Of a stretch of DNA of 18,495 bases, positions 1-7,735 are shown one piece after another. Origin of the DNA: Candidatus Krumholzibacteriia bacterium. GTDB taxonomy: Bacteria > Krumholzibacteriota > Krumholzibacteriia > WVZY01. The stretch's first letter is position 1; each line of letters starts with the position of its first letter. The stretch covers positions 1-18,495 of the forward strand of contig JAZGDW010000268.1 in assembly GCA_036478295.1 (NCBI GenBank), read 5' to 3'. A program made the translations under genes and the position numbers. The notes under the pieces are model-generated. The model saw only the letters and a list, made by a program, of their open reading frames with translations. It was not told the DNA's origin and made no database searches.

Positions 1-1
1 C

Positions 2-733
2 TTGAAGACGGGCAGCGAGACGGAGCTGCTGCTGGCGATGCGCCAGTTCCAGTTTCTCGAGAAATCCGGCCGCGAGGTCGTGGTCGGCGGCGAATCCACC
101 ACGGTGTGGTGCGCGGATTTCGATCTGGGATACCAGTACAACGCCCGGGCTCCATGGCGCTCGGCGTATTTTCAGATACGCTGCCTGGACGCGATCCTGT
201 GGGCGGCGTGGCTGACCGGCGACGAGCGCTATTCGCATCTGGCGCTGGCGAGCGTCCTGCCGTTGGGCCGCGCGGTCGAAGACGGAGGACTCGCCTGTGT
301 GACCGAAAACGACGGGTTGTTTTTTGAGGAAGTTGTCACGACTCCTCTCCACCACATCCTGAACGGGCATCTGAGCACGCTGATCGGTCTGCACTACTTC
401 GCCAGCTATACGGGATCGGCCGCGGCCCGGGAGATTTTCGAACGAGGCGTCCAGGGAACACTCGATTTCCTTCCCCAATATGACAAGCACGGATACAGTC
501 TTTACAGCCTGTCTCCAAAACCGGGGATGAGAAACCATTTCAACATCGCGAACCCCACTTACCATAGCCTGCACGTCACCCAGCTGCGCACGCTGTACGA
601 CATCACCGGCAACCCGGTCTTCAAGGAATACGCGGAGAAATGGGAAGGTGAAAGCGGCGGTGCGTTCGACATCGCGTGGACGGTGCTCTTTATCATGTTC
701 AAAGATGCAATGAAACTGAAGAATTCCCTGTGA
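2..733 (+). CDS. D-glucuronyl C5-epimerase C-terminal-domain family protein (5'-truncated by window edge)
   Basis: Motif series FFEEVVTTP-HILNGHLSTLIGL, FERG...LPQYD..GYSLYSL, ANPTYHSLHVTQLRTLY.ITG...F..YAEKW matches the heparan-sulfate C5-epimerase (C5-epim_C) domain. The frame is open from the window start; TGA at 731-733. Confidence 0.85.
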   Translation: MKTGSETELLLAMRQFQFLEKSGREVVVGGESTTVWCADFDLGYQYNARAPWRSAYFQIRCLDAILWAAWLTGDERYSHLALASVLPLGRAVEDGGLACVTENDGLFFEEVVTTPLHHILNGHLSTLIGLHYFASYTGSAAAREIFERGVQGTLDFLPQYDKHGYSLYSLSPKPGMRNHFNIANPTYHSLHVTQLRTLYDITGNPVFKEYAEKWEGESGGAFDIAWTVLFIMFKDAMKLKNSL

Positions 734-759
734 GAACCGGCAGTGGAAACGGTGACCGA

Positions 760-1575
760 ATGAGACGCCTGATATTCTATGTGATGCTGGCCGGCCTGGC
801 GATGTCGATCGTCTGCGCCGTCTTTTTCTCGCGCAAGGTGGCGGAACGAAACCGTTTCGTCGATGCCCTCGTTGAAACAACGCTGGCCGGCGACGATAGC
901 CTGTCCACGGACGATGTCGCCCTCGCCCTTTCCTATGAAATCTATCTCCAAACCCGCCATCGCCTGAATGGCAGTGAACTGGACTGGTACTCGGTCAAAG
1001 AGAGCACGTCGCCATTCAACGTCACCTCCGGAGTGAGCTTGAGGTACGGCGGCTTCGGTATCGAAGAGCACTGGGTCAACGGGCCGTGCGGCACCATGAC
1101 CCGCACCTTGCTCAACGCGCTGTGGCGTCTGGACATACCCGCGCGAAAGCTGCAGCTGCTCGACAACGAGGCAGGCCGGGGAGGTGGACACACGATGGTG
1201 GAATACTTGAACGGCGAGCGCTGGCACGTGATAGCGCCCTCGGACAGCTCATTCGTGTGGCGCAAGGCCGGTGGCGGGATCGCCACCGTCGCCGAGATCC
1301 AGGCCGACTTCGAAATTTTTTCATCTGTATACAAGCGGTATCCGAGTTACCCGTACCTGTTCGACAACCCCAGGTATATCCGCTGGGAGAAGCTTCCCGC
1401 TCCGGTCTTGAGGGTCACGCGTTTCTTGCTGGGAGAGGAACGTTACGGCCGGGCGCAGACGCCCAGGTTGTACGACACACCACGCACGCTTTTTCTCATC
1501 GTCTCGCTCACGGCAGTTTTTTTGTTCACGCTGGGAGCGCTCGTGAACGCACCGAGGCGGTCAACCGCGGTTTGA
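760..1575 (+). CDS. Transglutaminase-like (papain-fold Cys/His) domain protein with N- and C-terminal transmembrane anchors
   Basis: ATG at 760 gives MRR followed by a hydrophobic helix. Core motifs are GPCGTMTR (Cys at 1087-1089), L.IPARKLQL, GGHTMVEY (His at 1189-1191) and WHVIAP. C-terminal TM LFLIVSLTAVFLFTLGALV is followed by RR. The ORF-track start at 676 overlaps the upstream gene and is less likely. Confidence 0.7.
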   Translation: MRRLIFYVMLAGLAMSIVCAVFFSRKVAERNRFVDALVETTLAGDDSLSTDDVALALSYEIYLQTRHRLNGSELDWYSVKESTSPFNVTSGVSLRYGGFGIEEHWVNGPCGTMTRTLLNALWRLDIPARKLQLLDNEAGRGGGHTMVEYLNGERWHVIAPSDSSFVWRKAGGGIATVAEIQADFEIFSSVYKRYPSYPYLFDNPRYIRWEKLPAPVLRVTRFLLGEERYGRAQTPRLYDTPRTLFLIVSLTAVFLFTLGALVNAPRRSTAV

Positions 1576-2622
1576 CCCGGCCACCAGGGTTATCTCTTTG
1601 GTGATGAACTCGACGAGCTCCCGGCTCCTCGCCTGCCAGGACGCGGCACGTTCTCCGGCGTCCGCCCTGGGCCGCTTGTGCAACCGCAGCCGCGCGACGT
1701 CCGGGAGATTCCTCACCATGAATAGCCTCCCCTGCTCGCTCAGCGCCCGGTCGAGCGCGCCGACGCGCCCGGTGAAAACACTGTATACGGGCACACCCAG
1801 CATGGCCGCTTCACGGTTCATCGTACCGCCGCCACCGACAACCACATCCGCGTGCCAGATCAGGTTGAGTCCGTCGACGGCCTCGGTAAGCACCCGGAAG
1901 TTGGAGCAATCGCCCAGCGACCGCGCCAGCGTCTCCGCCTGCGACGCGGTCCGCGGCACGACCACCCCTACCGTATTCGTCTCGGCGGCGATGCGCTGCA
2001 GTACGGCCTCCATGATGTCCTCGCTCAGGCGCGTTTGATAATGCGCGTTTGTGGCGGGCGGACGAATCACGACCACCGTGTCGCCCGCGGGGATGTCGAG
2101 GTGCTCCAGGATCGACGGGTCGGGAGAGAATGCCCCCAGGTACACCTCTTCCTTGAACCCGGGATACTTGGCGACTCGCCGCGGGTCCAGGCCAAGCGTT
2201 TTCAGCAGGTTGTCGGGAAGCAGGTCGGGCAGGAGGATCCGTTGCGAAAAACGGTTGAAGATCGCCGTCGAAACGAATTCGTAGTCGTACATGGTGACGC
2301 ACGGAATGGCGAGCACCTGGCAGGCCAGTAGCAGCGAGCGCGATCCGTGACTGACTGCCGCGTCGATGCGGCGCCCCCGCGCCCAGTGAACCAGGGATGC
2401 GACGCGAGCCGCCGTTCCCACAACCTTCATGAGCAGGTTCTTGCCGGGATGCCTGCCGACCAGGTCGTAATCGATCGGCCGGCGGTCGAGCATCTCGCGC
2501 GTGTACCCGTGGTTCCGAACGGTCACCAGCGTCGCGTGTCCCCCGTCCTTCAAGTTGTGGATTATCGGTGTAAAAAAGGGGACGTGCGGTGCGTTATCGA
2601 GGTCTATCCAGATCGTTGACAT
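1561..2622 (-). CDS. DUF354 family protein (GT-B fold, putative glycosyltransferase / sugar-nucleotide-binding)
   Basis: N-terminal IWIDLDNAPHVPFF, SHGS, YDYE, YPG.KE, RP....AHY and GGGGTMNREAA.LGVP motifs are typical of DUF354. Last gene of the minus-strand operon; its stop overlaps the convergent gene by 15 bp. Confidence 0.85.
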   Translation of the reverse strand: MSTIWIDLDNAPHVPFFTPIIHNLKDGGHATLVTVRNHGYTREMLDRRPIDYDLVGRHPGKNLLMKVVGTAARVASLVHWARGRRIDAAVSHGSRSLLLACQVLAIPCVTMYDYEFVSTAIFNRFSQRILLPDLLPDNLLKTLGLDPRRVAKYPGFKEEVYLGAFSPDPSILEHLDIPAGDTVVVIRPPATNAHYQTRLSEDIMEAVLQRIAAETNTVGVVVPRTASQAETLARSLGDCSNFRVLTEAVDGLNLIWHADVVVGGGGTMNREAAMLGVPVYSVFTGRVGALDRALSEQGRLFMVRNLPDVARLRLHKRPRADAGERAASWQARSRELVEFITKEITLVAGSNRG

Positions 2623-2625
2623 GTG

Positions 2626-4506
2626 TCAGCGTCCCTGTGCACCTACAAAAATTCGGTGCCACAATTCGAAGGTCAGGAGCGCGAAAAGCTGCCTCTGGTA
2701 GTCCCTGCGGCCCGAGGCATGCGTCTCGATCATGTCGGCAATGGTGCTTGTGTTGAAATAATCGTGGCACGCCGTGCCCGCCGGCAGCAGCGTTTCGCGG
2801 AGGTAGTCCGCCAATTCATGTTGCAGCCACCGATCCATCGGTGTGGCAAAACCCTTCTTCTTTCGGCGAATAATGTGCGCCGGCAGCCACCTCGACATTG
2901 CCTTCTTGTGGATATACTTGCCGGTGAGTCCGCGCAGCTTCATGTGCGAGGGGAGGGTCTCGGCGAACTCCAGAAACTCCACGTCCAGAAACGGCACCCG
3001 GGCCTCGAGCGAGTGCGCCATGGAAAGCTTGTCCCCGTAGAGCAGCAGGTCATCGGCCAGCCACACGCGTGTATCGATGTAGAGCATCTGGGCGAGTGAA
3101 TCCAGATGCGACACACGTTTTTGCAGTGGTGCGATCGCCCGCGAGGGGTCGTTGGCGCCGGCCGCCTCGGCCACTTCGGGCCGATAGAGACCCTGTCGCT
3201 CCACGGCGGGGAATACCGCGTACACCTCAACGAAACGCTGCACCGGATCCTCGACGGTGAGCGCCCGGGCCGCTCTTCTTATTCCCTCCGAGCGATGCGG
3301 GAACTTCTGACCGGCCCTGGACAGCCCCTGCTGAATGCTCGAGGGAACACGGCGCAGGTATTGCCCCAGCTTCTCGCCCCGGTAGCGGTTGTAGCCGGCG
3401 AAGGGCTCGTCGGCCCCCTGACCGGTCAGCACCACTTTCACGTGGCGGCGGGCCAGTTGCGAGACGTGGTAGAATGGCAGAATCGACGTGGTACTGAGCG
3501 GTTCCTCCAGGTGCCACAGCGCCTGCGACAAAAATTCGCGGTACTCCCCCGCGCTCACCACGACCTCATGATGATCGGCCCCGAACAACTCGGCGGTCTC
3601 GCGGGCTTCGGCGAGCTCGTTGGCATCACTCTCGCCCTCGAATCCTACGGTAAAGGTCTTGACCGGCCCGTCCGTGTACTTGCTCATGACCGCCAGCACG
3701 GCGCCAGAGTCAATACCGCCGCTCAGCATCAAACCGACCGGGACGTCGCTGACCAGTTGCCGGCGCACGGCCTGTTCGAAAAGTGCGGCGAGTTTGTCGG
3801 CGGCATCCTCCTCTGTGATGGCGTGATTGATCTCCGGGATGTATTGCCAGTAGTCCTCGACGCTTGTCACACCGTCTTCCACCACCAGCCGGTGCCCCGG
3901 GCTAAGCTTGTGAATACCGGCGAGGAGCGTGCCCGGTGACGGCACGTAGCGGTAGGTCAGGAACATGTCGAGAGACGGCAGGTCCACGGTCCGCGGCACA
4001 CGCGGATCCTCGAGGATCGACTTGATCTCGGAGGCGAATACAGTGGTGTTGGGGTCCTGGTAATAATAGAGCGGCTTGACACCCAGATGATCCCGCGCGA
4101 GGAAGAGCTTGCGGCGCGGCACATCCCAAACGGCGAAAGCAAAGATGCCGTTGAAACGCTTTACACACTCGATTCCCCAGGCCTCGTACGAGGCCAGCGC
4201 CACCTCGGTGTCCGATTGCGTCTGAAAGCGGTAGCCTGTGGCCTCGAGCGCGTCCCGCAGCTCGCGGTAGTTGTAGAGCTCCCCGTTGTAGACAATCCAC
4301 GCGGTCCTGCCCGCGTTATGAATGGGCTGGTGCCCGCCTTCGAGGTCGATGATGCTCAAACGGCGGTTACCGAGGCCGACGGCGCCGTCCACAAAAACGC
4401 CGGCATCGTCGGGGCCACGGTGGGCGATCACATCGCACATTTTGGCCAGAAGGCCGCGGTCGACCGGTGTTCCATCGTGGTTCAGGACTCCTGCGATGCC
4501 GCACAT
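2626..4506 (-). CDS. asnB: Asparagine synthase (glutamine-hydrolysing)-family amidotransferase, copy 1
   Basis: Ntn Cys (MCGIAG), HRGPDD, RRLSIID, NGELYN, SDTEV, RDHLGVKPLYY, PP-loop SGGIDS, TGQGADE and EARVPFLD. AAGAGGA RBS upstream. Confidence 0.95.
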   Translation of the reverse strand: MCGIAGVLNHDGTPVDRGLLAKMCDVIAHRGPDDAGVFVDGAVGLGNRRLSIIDLEGGHQPIHNAGRTAWIVYNGELYNYRELRDALEATGYRFQTQSDTEVALASYEAWGIECVKRFNGIFAFAVWDVPRRKLFLARDHLGVKPLYYYQDPNTTVFASEIKSILEDPRVPRTVDLPSLDMFLTYRYVPSPGTLLAGIHKLSPGHRLVVEDGVTSVEDYWQYIPEINHAITEEDAADKLAALFEQAVRRQLVSDVPVGLMLSGGIDSGAVLAVMSKYTDGPVKTFTVGFEGESDANELAEARETAELFGADHHEVVVSAGEYREFLSQALWHLEEPLSTTSILPFYHVSQLARRHVKVVLTGQGADEPFAGYNRYRGEKLGQYLRRVPSSIQQGLSRAGQKFPHRSEGIRRAARALTVEDPVQRFVEVYAVFPAVERQGLYRPEVAEAAGANDPSRAIAPLQKRVSHLDSLAQMLYIDTRVWLADDLLLYGDKLSMAHSLEARVPFLDVEFLEFAETLPSHMKLRGLTGKYIHKKAMSRWLPAHIIRRKKKGFATPMDRWLQHELADYLRETLLPAGTACHDYFNTSTIADMIETHASGRRDYQRQLFALLTFELWHRIFVGAQGR

Positions 4507-4510
4507 AACG

Positions 4511-5503
4511 CTATCCTCTTCTCAAGACCTCTTGATAAACGCCGATTACACGCTCGGCGACGGCGCCCAGCCCGAGATGCCCAATGTGCTTGCGCCCGTC
4601 GCTGCGCGCACGCACCGCCAGCACCCGGCCAAGCTTGTCCGCAATATCCGCGACCTCGCGCTCCGCGCGGTGACAGTGCTCTGCGTCCCCCATCACCTGC
4701 CACGCGTCACCGGCGTCCACCGACACCACCGGCAAGTTGCAAGCCATGGCCTCTTTGACCATGTTGGGTGAACCCTCGGAGTCCGATGTTACGAGCATGA
4801 CGTCGCAGGCACTCATATACAACGGCACCTCGCTTTGCGGTCTGGCGTCGAGCGTCACCAGTTCGACGTCATGATACACCTTCCGCGCGATCGCAACCGC
4901 GGCCTGCGCGAGATCGAATCGCTTGACCCGCACGCGGGGCGCGCCGGCGAAAAGAACGTACGGCATGTCGCCCTTCATGCCCAACGCGTCACGCGCGTCA
5001 CCGCGTTCCAGCGGCCGAAACATTTCCAGATCCACGCCGTTGGGAATAACCATCGCCCTCTGCCTCGCGGACGAAAAGGCGAGGCGCTCCTTCATCTGCT
5101 CGCTCTTCAGTATGATCCCGTCCGCGGATTTTGCCAGCACTTGCCCCAGCCACACGAGCAGCCGGCTCTTCAACGTAATGCCACCGCGGCCGTTCGACGT
5201 ACCAAGCAGATCATCACCGCAAAACGAGACGACGACCGGGCAACGGCGCTGGGCGCGCGCCACCATCCCGCTCAGCCCGTAGTGCGCATGCACCACATCG
5301 TAGCGGCCGTTCTTCAGCATCCGCCTCAGCCGCACGACGGCGGCAAGGTAGTTCCAGCTCGACTTGCGTCCATCGATGAAAATGACGTCGACATCGTGTC
5401 CGGCGGCGGTGATCGAGTCGATCTGCGACTTGATGAACACGCCGTACCCCGGGTTGTCGTCGGTCGGGTACATATTGGTGACCATGCACGTGGTGATGGT
5501 CAT
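4511..5503 (-). CDS. Glycosyltransferase family 4 (GT-B, retaining)
   Basis: VTNMYP..G.F, DVVHAHYG, VIPNGVD, K, and SDSEGSPNMVKEAMACNLPVVS (EX7E) motifs. Start at ATG 5503 has an AAGAGGGGAG RBS and an ATGA overlap with the upstream asnB stop (5500-5502). The 5704 start lies inside asnB and is rejected. Confidence 0.92.
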   Translation of the reverse strand: MTITTCMVTNMYPTDDNPGYGVFIKSQIDSITAAGHDVDVIFIDGRKSSWNYLAAVVRLRRMLKNGRYDVVHAHYGLSGMVARAQRRCPVVVSFCGDDLLGTSNGRGGITLKSRLLVWLGQVLAKSADGIILKSEQMKERLAFSSARQRAMVIPNGVDLEMFRPLERGDARDALGMKGDMPYVLFAGAPRVRVKRFDLAQAAVAIARKVYHDVELVTLDARPQSEVPLYMSACDVMLVTSDSEGSPNMVKEAMACNLPVVSVDAGDAWQVMGDAEHCHRAEREVADIADKLGRVLAVRARSDGRKHIGHLGLGAVAERVIGVYQEVLRRG

Positions 5504-7401
5504 GCTCCCCTCTTGTCGATGAAGACGCGGTTCCAGATTTCGAACGACATGAGGGCGAAAATCAAGTGACCGTAGTCGCCCGTTCCACTCTCGTGTCTTT
5601 GCAGGAGCTTCTCCAGTCCCGCTCGTGCGAAGAAACCCCGGTTCAACGTCTGCCTGTCGAGGAGCATGTCCCGGGCCGCGTCCACCAGCTCGCCCCTGAA
5701 CCATGACTGGATCGGCACGCCAAAACCCTGTTTGCCGCGGCGCCAGATCTCGGGCGGCAATACCTTCGCCGCCATCTTTCTCAAGAGGTATTTCGTCGTG
5801 AAGTTGCGCAGCTTCAGGCGATTGGGAATCCGCGACGCGACCTCTATCACCGTTTCATCCAGAAATGGAACCCGCACCTCGAGCGAGGACGCCATGCTCA
5901 TCCGGTCGACTTTGACCAGCATATCGTTGGGCAGATAGAACTCCATGTCAAAAGTGGTCAGACGATCGATGAAGTCTCTCTCCGAGACGGAGGCGAAGAG
6001 CTCGTCCAGCGGGTCGATTGTGGCACTCAGGTTGTCCCTGAAGTCATCCGCGTATAATTCCATCCGCGTCGTGGGACTGCCCAGCGACTGTTTGTTGCGA
6101 TAGCGGCTGACGAAATCCAGCTCTGCGTTGGCCAGCACGGTGCCCAACCTCCTGCCGGACGCCGTGCGCGCCAGCGGGGCCGAGCGCAGCGTCGACACCA
6201 CGCCCGAGCGCACCCAGCCTGGGAAACGACGAAAGATGTTGGAAAGGCGCTCGCCCTGATAGCGCGTATAACCGGCGAACAACTCGTCGCCGCCGTCGCC
6301 GGACAGCGCCACCGTCACCTCCTGCCGCGTCATCTTGCTCACATAGTAGGTAGGAAGTATCGACGAATCTCCGAAGGGTTCGTCGAGGTGCCACACGAGC
6401 TTCGGCAGGATCTCCATCGCGTCCGGGGCAATGTCGTGCTCGCGGTGTCGGGTCCCGAACTCCCGTGCGACCAGGCGCGCGTACCGCGACTCACTCCAAC
6501 TCTGCTTATCGAACCCGACTGTGAACGAACGTACCGGCAGCTCGGATGACCGTGACATCATCCACACGATGAGGCTCGAATCGATACCGCCGCTCAGGAA
6601 CGCGCCCAGCGGGACATCGCTTACCATCTGCCGCGCGACGGCCCTTTCCAGGACGGATTCGAACTCGTCGAGCCACTCGCCGTCGCTCTTCTCCGGCGCG
6701 GTATCGTCGGCGGGCCGGAAACGCCAGTACGGTTCTATCCGTACACGGCCGTCTTCCCACGTGAGCACGTGGGCCGGGGGGAGCTTCTTCACCGAGGGGA
6801 AAATCGTGTCCGGTGAGGGCACGTACCCGAACGCCAGATACCGGTCCAGCGCGCTGTCGTCCATCTGGGTATCCAGCGTCGGGTCCTGCATGAGTGCCTT
6901 GAGTTCCGAGGCAAACAGCAGCGAGTCCGGGCGAGCGGAATAGTAGAGCGGTTTGATCCCCACCCTGTCGCGGGCGATAAAGAGGCGGCGCCTCGGCTGG
7001 TCCCAGACGGCGAACGCGAACATGCCCTGCAGGCGCTCCACGCAGGACGTGCCCCACTTTTCATAGGCGTGCACGATCACTTCTGTGTCGGTTTTGGAAT
7101 GGAAACGGTAGCCGAACGTCTCCAACTCGGCGCGCAGCTCACGAAAATTGTAGATCTCGCCGTTGTGAACGACCCAGATGGTGCCGCTTTCATTCGACAT
7201 CGGCTGCCTGCCCGCGTCGGACAGGTCGATGATGCTCAAACGCCGGTGGCCGAGGCCGATCGCCACGGTGGTGTCATTCCACAGGTGCTCTCCGCTGCCG
7301 TCGGGGCCACGATGGGCGAGGACGGCGCTCATATCCCGGACGAGCTGCTCGGAGACGCCCCGGGGGTCATTCCACACGAGTTTCCCGCAGATACCGCACA
7401 T
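5500..7401 (-). CDS. asnB: Asparagine synthase (glutamine-hydrolysing)-family amidotransferase, copy 2
   Basis: MCGICG, HRGPDG, HRRLSIID, NGEIYN, TDTEV, RDRVGIKPLYY, SGGIDS, DEPFGDSS, SGDGGDELFAGY and KVDRMSMASSLEVRVPFLD. Confidence 0.95.
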   Translation of the reverse strand: MCGICGKLVWNDPRGVSEQLVRDMSAVLAHRGPDGSGEHLWNDTTVAIGLGHRRLSIIDLSDAGRQPMSNESGTIWVVHNGEIYNFRELRAELETFGYRFHSKTDTEVIVHAYEKWGTSCVERLQGMFAFAVWDQPRRRLFIARDRVGIKPLYYSARPDSLLFASELKALMQDPTLDTQMDDSALDRYLAFGYVPSPDTIFPSVKKLPPAHVLTWEDGRVRIEPYWRFRPADDTAPEKSDGEWLDEFESVLERAVARQMVSDVPLGAFLSGGIDSSLIVWMMSRSSELPVRSFTVGFDKQSWSESRYARLVAREFGTRHREHDIAPDAMEILPKLVWHLDEPFGDSSILPTYYVSKMTRQEVTVALSGDGGDELFAGYTRYQGERLSNIFRRFPGWVRSGVVSTLRSAPLARTASGRRLGTVLANAELDFVSRYRNKQSLGSPTTRMELYADDFRDNLSATIDPLDELFASVSERDFIDRLTTFDMEFYLPNDMLVKVDRMSMASSLEVRVPFLDETVIEVASRIPNRLKLRNFTTKYLLRKMAAKVLPPEIWRRGKQGFGVPIQSWFRGELVDAARDMLLDRQTLNRGFFARAGLEKLLQRHESGTGDYGHLIFALMSFEIWNRVFIDKRGA

Positions 7402-7601
7402 CGGTTACGCTTCTCGCCGTCCTCTCTTGTCGCAGCGGTGGACGACCGGTAACGGGCGTAACCGCGCGGTTTGTCGCATGCGCAAATACAGCTTCTTCAC
7501 CAGCTGTGTTTCGAGACCATCTGGTCTGGATGGGATTGCGGATAACGGACGTTAGCAGAGGCTCATAGGCGGTGTTTTATCCTGTGTCCATGGGAACTGT
7601 C

Positions 7602-7610
7602 ATTATAACA
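7602..7610 (-). promoter_or_regulatory. Extended -10 promoter (TGtTATAAT) for the asnB-GT4-asnB-DUF354 operon
   Basis: The minus strand reads TG-T-TATAAT, a perfect consensus, about 200 nt upstream of the asnB ATG. No correctly spaced -35. Confidence 0.65.
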
Positions 7611-7655
7611 CAATACGAGCCGCCGCGCCGGGCAAATCCCAGGTGACTAAAGAAT

Positions 7656-7684
7656 TTGACCCCCGGTGGGGCAGTTCCTATACT
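7656..7684 (+). promoter_or_regulatory. Sigma70-type promoter TTGACC-N17-TATACT for the lipoprotein gene
   Basis: TTGACC at 7656-7661, 17-nt spacer, TATACT at 7679-7684; ends 51 nt before the ATG at 7736. Confidence 0.7.
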
Positions 7685-7735
7685 GATGTCATGTAGCTTC
7701 CCCTCACCCGCTCCGCCGTATCGAACAGGCGATTC

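Noticed and set aside
2623..5569. Long + strand ORFs (158-277 aa) opposite asnB and GT4
   Set aside because: Shadow ORFs with His/Arg/Val-rich composition that fully overlap well-supported genes.
4345..7246. Near-identical 22-nt segments (GTCGATGATGCTCAAACG.CGG) at 4345 and 7225
   Set aside because: Both encode the conserved RRLSIID motif of the asnB paralogues, so this is not a mobile-element or CRISPR repeat.
760..7500. Lasso-peptide cluster (AsnB-like cyclase + transglutaminase-like B2 protease + short precursor)
   Set aside because: Both AsnBs retain complete glutaminase domains with the Ntn Cys, there is no PqqD/RRE gene, and the transglutaminase-like protein is membrane-anchored at both ends and convergent. 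The mini-ORF lacks a YxxP-L leader and the Thr(-2)/Gly(1)/Asp-Glu(7-9) pattern.
7567..7576. ops/JUMPStart-like GGCGGT element in the glycan operon leader
   Set aside because: It is on the wrong strand for the operon and does not match GGCGGTAG.
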